Assembly (NCBI GenBank): GCA_040377305.1
Contig: JBEIPA010000007.1
Location: 32,001-96,000 of the forward strand
Origin: Flavobacteriales bacterium
Lineage (GTDB): Bacteria > Bacteroidota > Bacteroidia > Palsa-965
DNA: 64,000 bases
Direction: 5' to 3'
Shown: one piece after another, positions 19,121-28,980 of the stretch
How positions within the stretch are numbered: position 1 is the first letter of the stretch
Layout: each line of letters opens with the position of its first letter
Notes under the pieces: generated by a model
The model's input: only the letters and a program-made list of their open reading frames with translations
What the model was told of the DNA's origin: nothing
Databases searched by the model: none
Position numbers and translations under genes: made by a program

Positions 19121-20911
19121 ATGAAAAGATTGGCCGGTGCTCTTGCTATTACCCTCACATTTGGAGCGGTAAGTTTGGTAAATAAGAGCTGCTCTCCAGG
19201 TCCAGACGGTCCCATTTCCACTCGCACGGCTCAAGGGCCTGTGAAGTACGGAGGTGTGTTCCGCATGAACGAGATTGAAGATTTCCGTACACTCTATCCG
19301 CTGAATATCGTTGAGGTAGTTGGTCACCACATTGGGACGCAGGTGTACGAAGGACTAGTGAAGTTTAACCAGAAAGATCTTTCTGTTATTCCTGCGCTCG
19401 CTACGCGTTGGGAAGCACTCGACAGCAATACGCGTTACGTGTTTCACCTTCGCGACGGAGTGTTGTTTCACGATGACGAATGCTTTACAGCTACACAAGG
19501 AAAAGGTCGCGAGGTTACTGCAGCTGATGTGAAGTTCACATTCGACAGGCTTTGCACTTCTTCACCGAACAACCAACAGTTTACTTACACTTTCAAAGAC
19601 CGTGTAGTTGGCGCGAATGAATATTTCGCAGCAACAGAAAAAGGACAAAATCCTGCTGGTGGTGTTTCCGGTGTTACGGTTCTTGATGACTCTACACTCG
19701 AAGTGAAATTGCTTCTTCCAATGCCGGGCTTCCTTCAGATTCTTGCAACGCAAGGTGGATGGGTTTACCCGCAGGAAGCTTTTGATAAATACGGCGACGA
19801 CATGCGCACCCACTGCGTAGGAACCGGCCCGTTCAAAGTGAAAAGCATCACAGAAGGCGAATCAGTAATTCTCGATTACAACCCGAACTACTGGATGTTC
19901 GACGAGCATGGTAATCGTTTGCCTTACCTCGATATCGTGCAATTCCGTTTCATCAAGGATAAACGTTCAGAAATCATCGCGTTCCGTAACAAAGAGCTCG
20001 ACATGGTTTTCCGTTTGCCTGTTGAAATGGCGAAAGACATTCTCGGTGAGCTTGATGAAGCAAAAGTGCATGGAACAGATTTCATTATGCAAACTGCTCC
20101 CGCAATGAGTTTGACATACTACGGATTCCAGCATAAGCTTGCTCCGTTCGATAACCAGAAAGTTCGTCTTGCATTCAACTACGCAATAAACCGCGAAGAA
20201 ATTGCAGACAAGAAACTCATGGGTGATGCAATCCCGGGAACTCACGGTATTGTGCCTGCGAGCATTCCTGGTTATGATACGGATAGCATTAAAGGATATT
20301 CTTACGATCCGGATCTTGCACGCAAGTATTTAGCTGAGGCTGGATATCCTGGCGGAAAAGGATTCCCTGAAATCACATTGCGCATCAACAGCGGCGGTGG
20401 CGACCGTAACACAATCACTGCTGATTATGTAGCGCACCAACTCAACGAAGTTCTCGGTATCTCTGTGAAAGTGGAAACCATTCCATTCGCACAACACCTT
20501 GAGTCAATCGAGACCGGGAAATCCCTCTTCTGGCGTACAGGCTGGATCGCTGACTATCCGGATCCGGAAACATTCCTGACTACATTGTACAGCGCACACA
20601 TTCCTTCTGACATGAATGCGCGTTCGTCAACAAACTCAGTTCGTTACTCGAACCCACGTTTCGATTCATTGTATAATGCGGCAGTTCACGAAGCTGATCC
20701 GAAGAAACGTGCTGATCTTTTCCTCGCAGCAGATCGCGTGCAGGTTGAAGACGCAGCAATCATGCCGATCTACTACGAATTGAATGACCGTCTCGTACAG
20801 CGCAACGTTCGCAACTTCGATATCAACCCAATGGAATTCCGCGACATGACACGCGTATGGCTCGATGTTGAAGAGCCTGCAGCAGGTGCGGATACAGCGG
20901 CGAAGAAATAG
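19121..20911 (+). CDS. ABC-type peptide/nickel substrate-binding protein (family 5)
   Basis: VYEGLV, PALATRWE, VGTGPF, VRLAFNYAINR, WIADYPDPE. Confidence 0.92.
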   Translation: MKRLAGALAITLTFGAVSLVNKSCSPGPDGPISTRTAQGPVKYGGVFRMNEIEDFRTLYPLNIVEVVGHHIGTQVYEGLVKFNQKDLSVIPALATRWEALDSNTRYVFHLRDGVLFHDDECFTATQGKGREVTAADVKFTFDRLCTSSPNNQQFTYTFKDRVVGANEYFAATEKGQNPAGGVSGVTVLDDSTLEVKLLLPMPGFLQILATQGGWVYPQEAFDKYGDDMRTHCVGTGPFKVKSITEGESVILDYNPNYWMFDEHGNRLPYLDIVQFRFIKDKRSEIIAFRNKELDMVFRLPVEMAKDILGELDEAKVHGTDFIMQTAPAMSLTYYGFQHKLAPFDNQKVRLAFNYAINREEIADKKLMGDAIPGTHGIVPASIPGYDTDSIKGYSYDPDLARKYLAEAGYPGGKGFPEITLRINSGGGDRNTITADYVAHQLNEVLGISVKVETIPFAQHLESIETGKSLFWRTGWIADYPDPETFLTTLYSAHIPSDMNARSSTNSVRYSNPRFDSLYNAAVHEADPKKRADLFLAADRVQVEDAAIMPIYYELNDRLVQRNVRNFDINPMEFRDMTRVWLDVEEPAAGADTAAKK

Positions 20912-20922
20912 AACTATCCATC

Positions 20923-20966
20923 AAAGAAAAATCCCTGACAGCAAAACTGATCAGGGATTTTTCTTT
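20923..20966. terminator. Bidirectional intrinsic terminator
   Basis: aaagaaaaatccctga...tcagggatttttcttt. Confidence 0.8.
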
Positions 20967-20983
20967 TAGACAATGTGATAGAT

Positions 20984-21019
20984 ACTGCCTACTGACCTAC
21001 AGCATTACTGCCTACTGAC
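20984..21019. repeat. CTACTG-type repeat arm overlapping a gene 3' end
   Basis: actgcctactgacctacagcattactgcctactgac encodes the VSRQ* end of the minus-strand gene. Confidence 0.6.
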
Positions 21020-21736
21020 CGAGATTTCTCTCAGTAACATCCTCTTCGCAATCGGCAGAAACGTGGGCTCTAAAGGAATGTCTTTTCCGCTGACCGCAAC
21101 ATATACTGCGGGATTCGGCAGCGCTTGATTAGTTCGAATGAGTTCAGCCTTGATCGACTCAAATGTGTTGGTGAACGTGCGCTTCCACGATGCGATGTAT
21201 GTTGTACGTAACGATCTCCATCCAGACTCCGGATTGTCATAGATCGTCATTTCGTAATTGTATACGCGTGTGTCACCTGCATTCTGACTCAACAACAAAT
21301 ATCCTTCCGACGTATGCAGTGGAACAATTCCTACAGGAGATAATTCAATTCCGCTTTCAATGAACTCATAGATCGCGCGACCTTCTTTCATCCATTCTTC
21401 AAATTTCGGAATGGAGAAGGTGAGCAGGCGTTCAATGGCAATCATGCTTTCGTCGTCCTGCATGAGTGCCTGAAATTCGAGTTGCAATCCGTCTTTTTCT
21501 ATGCCCGTAATTTTACGCGGGAATTGCGAAGCCAGATCGGTCTTGTTCTGACTGAGAATGGTCGCGTTTCGGTAATGGGAGATCAGCTCGCTCAAAGCCG
21601 GGTAGAGTCGAATCGTTCGGAAATCGTTTTCGACACTCTGGAGCCAGGCCAGCAGGAGGTACTTCTTGTATTCGAAATCGAGCGTCTTTTCGGTAATCCA
21701 GTTTTCGCTAAGTGGGTTCATGGCCAGTTGAGGCAT
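21005..21736 (-). CDS. Conserved Bacteroidota hypothetical protein
   Basis: LSENWITE..LDFEYKKY.LLA, PVGIVP, T.LPIAKR; clean ORF. Confidence 0.85.
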   Translation of the reverse strand: MPQLAMNPLSENWITEKTLDFEYKKYLLLAWLQSVENDFRTIRLYPALSELISHYRNATILSQNKTDLASQFPRKITGIEKDGLQLEFQALMQDDESMIAIERLLTFSIPKFEEWMKEGRAIYEFIESGIELSPVGIVPLHTSEGYLLLSQNAGDTRVYNYEMTIYDNPESGWRSLRTTYIASWKRTFTNTFESIKAELIRTNQALPNPAVYVAVSGKDIPLEPTFLPIAKRMLLREISVSRQ

Positions 21737-21877
21737 AGTTTATGCTCTATAAACGCAGAAAACCGCCCTTGTGTTTCACGCTGTATTCACATTCCGCAGG
21801 TTAATAACTTGATTTAACACCGAATTCCAGCGCAACTCAACTTTCTATCTTTGTCGGATAGTTTCAAACCCTTTTCT

Positions 21878-22885
21878 ATGACAGGCAGAATTCTCGCTTT
21901 CACAATTACAACTTTATTTCTGATCGGCGCGTGCGTCCCTGCACGTAAGTTCGAAGAAGAAAAAGTAAAACGCGTTGCAGCAGAAAAAGCGCTCGACAGT
22001 ATGAAAACTGTTTGTGCCGATTACGATGCAAAGCAAGCTGAACTAAGCAAACAATTCAAAGAGTGCGACGAAGAGCGTGCTAAGCTGAAAGCAGACACAA
22101 TGGGTTGCGGTATGCGTTACCGTATTCTCACCATGCAGTACAATCAGCTTACTGCGAACTACGAGTTGCTGCTTAAGCAGAACAAGGATCTAATGGCTCG
22201 TCAGTCGTCAGAGAACTCAAATCTCGTAGGACAACTCAACGTGACTCAGGAGCAGCTGTTCCGTAAAGAAGATTCATTGAAGAAGCTCGACATAAGCCTC
22301 AAGCAACAGAGAAAATCACTGGATTCTTTGAATGCGCTCTTGCTGAAACGTGAAGTGCGTGTTCGCGAATTGGAGCGCGCTCTTGCAGCGAAAGATTCTG
22401 CAGTGCTCGCGCTTCAGACGAAAGTGAAGAATGCGCTCGTTGGCTTCGAAGGAAAAGGACTAACCATCACACAGAAGAACGGTAAAGTATACGTGTCTAT
22501 GGACGAGAAACTCATGTTCTCTACCGGAAGCACATCCGTGCAGAAGGGTGGGGTGGATGCGCTTGTTGCATTGGCGAAAGTCCTCGTATCGAATCCGGAC
22601 ATCAACATCATGGTTGAAGGTCATACAGACGATGTGCCGATGAAGGGCAGTGGTGAAATAAAAGACAACTGGGATCTTTCCGTGATGCGTGCAACCTCGG
22701 TGACGAAAATCTTAATACTGAACGGAGTTCCGGCAACACGACTTACAGCAGCAGGTCGCGGGGAGCATTTCCCTGTTGTACCAAACACATCTGCAGAGAA
22801 CCGTGCGAAGAATCGTCGTACAGAAATTATCCTCATTCCTAACCTGGATGATCTGTTCAAAGTGCTCGAGCCAACGAACAAGTAA
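21878..22885 (+). CDS. OmpA/MotB-family peptidoglycan-binding lipoprotein with coiled coil
   Basis: Lipobox IGAC; VEGHTD, NWDLSVMRA, NRRTEI. Confidence 0.92.
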   Translation: MTGRILAFTITTLFLIGACVPARKFEEEKVKRVAAEKALDSMKTVCADYDAKQAELSKQFKECDEERAKLKADTMGCGMRYRILTMQYNQLTANYELLLKQNKDLMARQSSENSNLVGQLNVTQEQLFRKEDSLKKLDISLKQQRKSLDSLNALLLKREVRVRELERALAAKDSAVLALQTKVKNALVGFEGKGLTITQKNGKVYVSMDEKLMFSTGSTSVQKGGVDALVALAKVLVSNPDINIMVEGHTDDVPMKGSGEIKDNWDLSVMRATSVTKILILNGVPATRLTAAGRGEHFPVVPNTSAENRAKNRRTEIILIPNLDDLFKVLEPTNK

Positions 22886-22907
22886 AGATTGCCACATACC
22901 AGTGTAT

Positions 22908-22938
22908 AAAGAGCCGGATGTTAAATGCCGGCTTTTTT
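22908..22938 (+). terminator. Intrinsic terminator
   Basis: agccgg...ccggct followed by a T run. Confidence 0.7.
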
Positions 22939-23022
22939 ATGCATTCTCCGGGTTAACTTTCGCTTAAAGGCAAGGTAATGTGGAAACTTCCGTTTAATGC
23001 GTCGTACTGTAAAGCCCTACTT

Positions 23023-26000
23023 ATGCAGCGCACATTATTCATCCTGGTTTTCCTCCTGCCTTTTCTGCTTCCTGCTCAGCATGAGAAGTCGCTGTCTCCA
23101 TACTTTATTGTAAATGTCGATAGCGGAGAATCAGTTCCGGATTTTCCTTTGCACGCTACTTCGGCAGATGTAATTATCAGCGGGGTGATTGCAGACGTTA
23201 CAATTACACAAGTCTACACGAATCATTCTACGCGGGCACTCGAAGCAATTTATGTTTTTCCGGGATCAACAAATGCTGCCGTGTACGCCATGGAAATGCA
23301 GATCGGCAGACGTACGATTGAAGCTCAGATCATGGAAAAGAACGCAGCGCGACTGACGTATGAGAATGCAAAAGAAGAAGGAAGAACAACGTCTCTGCTG
23401 GAGCAGGATCGTCCGAATGTATTCTCCATGAACGTGGCGAATGTTATGCCGGGAGATTCTATCGTTGTGCGGATTTCATATACCGAACGACTCATTCCAA
23501 CAGATGGTGTGTATGAATTTGTTTATCCAACAGTAGTTGCGCCGAGATACACCGGCGCAGGAGCTCCAATCGCAAGTATCGACCCACTAACAGGAATTGC
23601 AGAAGGTAAAACTCCGTACACCGAAAAAGGAATCAAGCCATCGTATGATTTTGGCATGAACGTGAGTATTGCTTCAGGTATTCCATTCGAGTTTATCAGA
23701 AGTACGACGCACAAAACAATGTTGTCTTTCGAATCTGCGAATGCTGCAACTATACTGTTAGATAAATCGGAAACCGAAGGAGGCAATCGCGATTTCATTC
23801 TGCAGTATCGTTTTGCAGGAGGAAAAATCGAAACCGGCCTCATGTTGTACGAAGGAAAAGACGAAAACTTTTTCATGCTCATGATGGAGCCTCCGAAACG
23901 CGTCCCGCTCGACAGCATTCCACCGCGCGAATACATTTTCATTATGGACGTTTCCGGTTCAATGGGAGGTTACCCGATTGAAACGTCGAAACAACTGCTG
24001 CGTAATCTCGTCGGAGGATTACGTCTTACTGATAAGTTTAATGTCATTCAGTTTGCAGGCGGTGGAGCTCAGTTCACACCTGAATCAGTTAATGCAACCG
24101 CACAGAACATCGATTCAGCAATTGCATTTATTAATCGCGTGCAACCCGGTGGCGGAACTGAACTCAACAACGCAATGCGCATGGCCATGTTTATTCCGCA
24201 ACAGGAAGGATATTCGCGTTCCATTGTAATTGTTACCGACGGATTAATTTCCGCAGAGTCGACGGTGTTACGATCCATGCGCAACCATCTTGATTCTGCG
24301 AATGTATTTGCATTCGGAATTGGTAGCAGCTGCAATCGCTACTTGATAGAAGCCATGGCATTTTGCGGGAGCGGAGAACCGACAGTTGTTACGAAAGCAA
24401 CCGAAGCGGATTCTGCGGCAGAACGTTTCCGACAATACATTTCTTCACCGGTGCTTTCAGACATCCAGATTCGCTACGAAGGATTTGAGACTTACGATGT
24501 AGAACCGGTTGCTGTGCCCGATCTTTTCGCTTCACGTCCGCTGATCATCACGGGAAAGTATAAAGGCAAAGCAACGGGAAAAATAGCGGTTAGCGGAACA
24601 ACAGGCGCTGGTGCATATCGCAAAGAAATTTCTGTTGATTCTGTGAAGCCGCGCAAAAAGAATAGAGCAATCAGTTTATTGTGGGCGCGCGACCGTATAA
24701 AATATCTGACTTATCTCGATGATCCTCGCGGACAATATTATTATCGCACCGGAAATGATTCGGCCGTGAAAACTGAAATCACACAGTTAGGGATGCGCTA
24801 CGGACTACTCACGAACTACACTTCATTTGTCGCAGTGGATAAGCGTGTTCGCAATAAAAATCCTGAAGCAGATTCTGCGGTAACTCAACCTTTGCCACTT
24901 CCGGCCGGAATGGACAATTCGGCAATCGGAATGCATGGCACACTACAGGAGGTTTCCATTACTTCATACAAAGTCGTACTCGATCATTCCTTTGGTTGTA
25001 TTGCTTCTGTGTCATATTGCATGGTAGTGCCTTCGCGACCGACCTTTGCAGCAGGCCCGTCGGGTATGCAAGAGCCGCCAACGGTAGGAGATTTCAACCG
25101 TTTTTACAATGGAGGACTCCTATTGCCTGTGATTACAAATTACGAAACACCATTTTTCACTGCGGGAGCTTCCGGTCGAATGCTGAACTTATTCAGTGGG
25201 GATATGCTTGGTACATATACATCGGGCAGGCATGGAGTTGATGGATCACCAATGTCATCTCCATTCAATAACGGAAACTTTGCATTTAATACCTGGCTTC
25301 CTGGCAGAAATCTGTTAAACGTATCTGCTACACATTACGGAACACAGAATCTCTACTATGGCAATGAATGGTCTATAAATGATAGACTGAATTCACTTCT
25401 GGAAATCGGCGAACAATGGAAAGGCGTAAGCACTGACCGTAACGGAGATGGCTACGAAGACTTGTCGAACGGAACAAGTCTTTCTCTCCATCATCGTTTA
25501 ACATACGATTATCAGACGAAGGACTATCTGCGCTCACACTATTTTACAAATGATATTTTCATGCATTCATCGTGGCTGAAAGGTGGACAAATTTCAGCTC
25601 CGGTTTATGTAACTCACGACCGAACAATGGGATTCTATATGTCGCCGCGAGCGTTCCTTGAAGTTTCCGACGGCAATTATGTCGACGTAAAAGCATCCGT
25701 AGCTGTTGCTTCGATGAATGACGGATGGGGCATTGATCGTTTCAATCTCAACACTACGCAAATTACAGCACAAGCTTCGTACAATTGGACGCATGGTGCA
25801 ATGTCTTATGAGACCGGACTCGATGGTTGGATTTCGTTCGGAGAAGAACGTTGGAATGATTCTCGTTTTAATGCGGAACATCAATCGGCTGGTGCATATG
25901 CGGGAGCCAATTACAGAAGAAGTGACTGGCTTGTGAATGGTGCGGTTCGTGCAGAATACAATGATGTAGGAGGAATTGCTGTGCTACCAGCGGTGAATAT

Positions 26001-26736
26001 CTCACGCTCGTGGAACAGCATGTATTTCAGCGTAGCTGGAAATCGTTACCGCGATGTGCCGTTTGGTGTTGGACAATTGCTTCCCTTGTTTTATAGTTCA
26101 CGTACGTTACAGATTGCTTCGGATGTCGGACTAAATCAGGGGTGGGACTTCGAAGTAAATATTGGTCTCGATAAATTGTTTAAACGCGATTTGTATCTCG
26201 GGTTCACATACGGAGCAACTCTTCCGGAACATACCGTGATTGTGGATGTCGATTCAGACGCATCGAAAACTTCAGTCTATGGAGTAAACGGTGGAGCTCT
26301 AATTCATCGTGCAATCACAAAATTCAACATTGACTTGCAACGTTGGAAACTGGAAGCCTATTACATGTTTACATACGTACCATACACGTTTGGAGAAACG
26401 ATAAAGCAGCAACCGTTGTTACCGATGCATCGTGGGTATGGCTCAATAACCTGGCGTAGCAGAACCGATCAGATTCACACGCGCATGCAGATTTGTTATA
26501 CAGGTGAACAACGCATTCCGCAAGCAGGCTGGTCTTCTGATTATGCAACAATCAATCTGCAGATGAAATATAAATTTAGTGGAGGTCGTTTCACAGTTTC
26601 TGCAAATGTGTTCAACTTGCTTGACTATCGACAGAAGCAATTCCTGATGACCACCAACGATCAGTTTGATGGATGGAAACTCTGGGCGCCAATAACCGGA
26701 AGGACTTTCCAGGCCGGATTGAGCATGCAGTTTTAG
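23023..26736 (+). CDS. VIT + von Willebrand A domain protein fused to a TonB-dependent-receptor-like beta-barrel
   Basis: VIT (EAIYVFP, LLEQDRPNVF), MIDAS DVSGS, VTDG; C-terminal ~500 aa of amphipathic strands ending GRTFQAGLSMQF. Confidence 0.8.
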   Translation: MQRTLFILVFLLPFLLPAQHEKSLSPYFIVNVDSGESVPDFPLHATSADVIISGVIADVTITQVYTNHSTRALEAIYVFPGSTNAAVYAMEMQIGRRTIEAQIMEKNAARLTYENAKEEGRTTSLLEQDRPNVFSMNVANVMPGDSIVVRISYTERLIPTDGVYEFVYPTVVAPRYTGAGAPIASIDPLTGIAEGKTPYTEKGIKPSYDFGMNVSIASGIPFEFIRSTTHKTMLSFESANAATILLDKSETEGGNRDFILQYRFAGGKIETGLMLYEGKDENFFMLMMEPPKRVPLDSIPPREYIFIMDVSGSMGGYPIETSKQLLRNLVGGLRLTDKFNVIQFAGGGAQFTPESVNATAQNIDSAIAFINRVQPGGGTELNNAMRMAMFIPQQEGYSRSIVIVTDGLISAESTVLRSMRNHLDSANVFAFGIGSSCNRYLIEAMAFCGSGEPTVVTKATEADSAAERFRQYISSPVLSDIQIRYEGFETYDVEPVAVPDLFASRPLIITGKYKGKATGKIAVSGTTGAGAYRKEISVDSVKPRKKNRAISLLWARDRIKYLTYLDDPRGQYYYRTGNDSAVKTEITQLGMRYGLLTNYTSFVAVDKRVRNKNPEADSAVTQPLPLPAGMDNSAIGMHGTLQEVSITSYKVVLDHSFGCIASVSYCMVVPSRPTFAAGPSGMQEPPTVGDFNRFYNGGLLLPVITNYETPFFTAGASGRMLNLFSGDMLGTYTSGRHGVDGSPMSSPFNNGNFAFNTWLPGRNLLNVSATHYGTQNLYYGNEWSINDRLNSLLEIGEQWKGVSTDRNGDGYEDLSNGTSLSLHHRLTYDYQTKDYLRSHYFTNDIFMHSSWLKGGQISAPVYVTHDRTMGFYMSPRAFLEVSDGNYVDVKASVAVASMNDGWGIDRFNLNTTQITAQASYNWTHGAMSYETGLDGWISFGEERWNDSRFNAEHQSAGAYAGANYRRSDWLVNGAVRAEYNDVGGIAVLPAVNISRSWNSMYFSVAGNRYRDVPFGVGQLLPLFYSSRTLQIASDVGLNQGWDFEVNIGLDKLFKRDLYLGFTYGATLPEHTVIVDVDSDASKTSVYGVNGGALIHRAITKFNIDLQRWKLEAYYMFTYVPYTFGETIKQQPLLPMHRGYGSITWRSRTDQIHTRMQICYTGEQRIPQAGWSSDYATINLQMKYKFSGGRFTVSANVFNLLDYRQKQFLMTTNDQFDGWKLWAPITGRTFQAGLSMQF

Positions 26737-26760
26737 GAATTTACGTTTTCTTGACTCTTT

Positions 26761-26895
26761 CCAGCGGCTGAAGCCACCGGTTATCATTTTCATCGTGTAG
26801 TGTGGGTGCAAAAAAATGGATCGCAGAGCGATCCATTTTTTTGCCATTACTAGTAAGGTGACGAGAAATGATAACCGTCTGGCTTCAGCCGACGG
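26761..26895. repeat. ~135-bp REPIN-like palindrome, copy 1
   Basis: ggctgaagcc..ggttatcat / atgataacc..ggcttcagcc arms; central hairpin at 26808-26844. Confidence 0.85.
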
Positions 26896-26989
26896 TGCAG
26901 ACTCTGCTGCACAAAAATCTATTTCGAGCCAACACCGCCGGAGAGAACCCGGAAAACGTAACTATGTCCGGTATGAAGTATATTCGTGC

Positions 26990-28021
26990 ATGGAACGCCG
27001 TAAATTCATTCGTAATATTTCACTTGGTGCCGGACTGCTTGCCGGAGGAAGCTTATTTTCACGCGAGAGTCAAGAGAGTAACCTGTTAGTCGGAAGTTCC
27101 ATGCCGGATACGATATTGCCACCTAAGCTCAATCGTGGTGATACCGTTGCATTAATGGCTCCAGCCGGCGCAATCTTCAACGACGAAACAACTCCAAAAG
27201 CGAAAGCAGCATTAGAAGCAATGGGTTTTCGTGTGATAGTCGGAGAGACTGCAAGCAAACGTTTTGGTTATCTCGCTGGCGATGATCAGTTTCGAGCGAG
27301 TGAATTCACGAAGTTTCTCCTCGACAAGAACGTGAAAGCCATTGTCGCACTACGCGGTGGGTGGGGATGTGCGCGCATGTTACCGTACATCGACATGACG
27401 TTGATTCCGGAAAATCCGAAAATCATTTGCGGGTTCAGCGACATTACAACACTGCTGCTTGCGATCACGAAACAAATAGGACTCGTAACGTTTCACGGAC
27501 CGGTTGGAAATTCTACCTGGGAAGGAATGACGACTGAGAATTTTCTGGATGTTGTACAGGCAAGAAAATCATCGATCGTGATGAAGAGTCCGGATACAAA
27601 AGTGATTCGCGATGGTGTTGCAAGCGGACGATTGCTGGGAGGAAATCTCTCTATCATCTGCAGTCTCATCGGAACTCCACATATACCCGATTTCACGAGC
27701 AGCATTCTCTTCCTCGAAGAAACAGAAGAGGAACCGTATCGTATCGATCGTTTGCTTACGCAATTGCAGCAGGCGGGAATTCTGGATAAGCTCAGCGGAG
27801 TTGTGTTCGGAACCTGTGCGAAATGTGAACCGGAAGAACCGGAGAAATCATTCACACTCGATGAAGTACTTGACTTTCATTTCAAGAACAGAAAGTATCC
27901 GGTTATCAAAGGATTTGCAATCGGTCACATCAAAGATAAATTCACAATACCGGTTGGTATGCCGGCTACGTTGGATGCAGGGAAGTTGACGTTGACTCTT
28001 ACAGAAGCTGCAGTGAAGTAG
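26990..28021 (+). CDS. LD-carboxypeptidase (S66 family) with Tat-like signal
   Basis: MERRKF; RGGWG, GFSDIT, HGP, GGNL, LFLEE, GH. Confidence 0.93.
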   Translation: MERRKFIRNISLGAGLLAGGSLFSRESQESNLLVGSSMPDTILPPKLNRGDTVALMAPAGAIFNDETTPKAKAALEAMGFRVIVGETASKRFGYLAGDDQFRASEFTKFLLDKNVKAIVALRGGWGCARMLPYIDMTLIPENPKIICGFSDITTLLLAITKQIGLVTFHGPVGNSTWEGMTTENFLDVVQARKSSIVMKSPDTKVIRDGVASGRLLGGNLSIICSLIGTPHIPDFTSSILFLEETEEEPYRIDRLLTQLQQAGILDKLSGVVFGTCAKCEPEEPEKSFTLDEVLDFHFKNRKYPVIKGFAIGHIKDKFTIPVGMPATLDAGKLTLTLTEAAVK

Positions 28022-28031
28022 AGTTCTGTCG

Positions 28032-28168
28032 CCGGCGGCTGAAGCCGCGCGGTTATCATGTGCTATCTTTTGGGAAGTTTGCAATGAGAAAAAATGGCAG
28101 AGCCATTTTTTCTCATTGCAAAACAATAGATAAAGTACAACATGATAACCGCGGGCTTCAGCCCGTGG
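28032..28168. repeat. ~137-bp REPIN-like palindrome, copy 2
   Basis: Same arms as 26761-26895; central hairpin at 28078-28122 with the same gc-AGA-gc apex. Confidence 0.85.
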
Positions 28169-28185
28169 AAATTGAGAGACGCTTT

Positions 28186-28779
28186 CTATATCTCAAATCC
28201 AATTCCCACATTCACCATAACATTCCTCTGCTGTTCACGCTCACTCGTGTGCTGAATAACATCGGTTAATCCGTGATAATAGCCTGCGTCAAAGTTCAAC
28301 CAGGTGTTATCGTGAATTCTGTAATTGAATCCACCCGCCGCAGTAATTCCGAAATCGAATTTATCTTCTGATGTGTACGTGGGTCCTGTTTGTTTCACAA
28401 GGAATCCCATGGAAGGACCCGCCATCACTTTCGGTCGCAGATCATTGCCCCAGCCTCCGAAGAAGTAAATCGCGCGGATAGGAACACGGAGATAATCGTA
28501 TTGCGTATTCGTCTTTCCGCTTTCAGGAAGAAACTTGTGCGATCCTTCAATGGAATAGCGCACATCCATACCAATACCCCAGTGTTCAATGGGAGAATAA
28601 ATTGCAAATCCGCCGGCACTGTAAGCAGGATGATATTCCGAATTCGCTACCGGCGACATCCACGCGTGGCCGAAACCAATTACCGGCCCAACCGAGAATT
28701 CCTTACGTGCCGGTTCTTTTTGGGCATTGGCTGCAACTGCAAAGAACAATGCAAACGGCAATATGAGGATGCGTTTCAT
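28186..28779 (-). CDS. Porin-family / outer membrane beta-barrel protein
   Basis: Signal peptide, YS.EG, DYLRVP, GPSMGFL, YYHGLTD. Confidence 0.85.
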   Translation of the reverse strand: MKRILILPFALFFAVAANAQKEPARKEFSVGPVIGFGHAWMSPVANSEYHPAYSAGGFAIYSPIEHWGIGMDVRYSIEGSHKFLPESGKTNTQYDYLRVPIRAIYFFGGWGNDLRPKVMAGPSMGFLVKQTGPTYTSEDKFDFGITAAGGFNYRIHDNTWLNFDAGYYHGLTDVIQHTSEREQQRNVMVNVGIGFEI

Positions 28780-28980
28780 GACGACACGAGATGGTTTGAA
28801 TCATTAAACCAGTCAAAAACATGCCACTGGTAATTCTGGCATTTTACCGCGAAATCGTCGTTTTAACAGTTCGTACAACTGTTCCCATTGGGGAAGAACG
28901 TGTAAGAAATTCCACGAGGCATATTGCAGTTGGATCGATGTCTGCTTAAATTGGTACTTTCAATTCAATCAAATAACGAC

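Noticed and set aside
26761-28168. Palindromes as integron attC sites
   Set aside because: Core orientation is GTT...AAC instead of RYYYAAC...GTTRRRY, and there is no integrase
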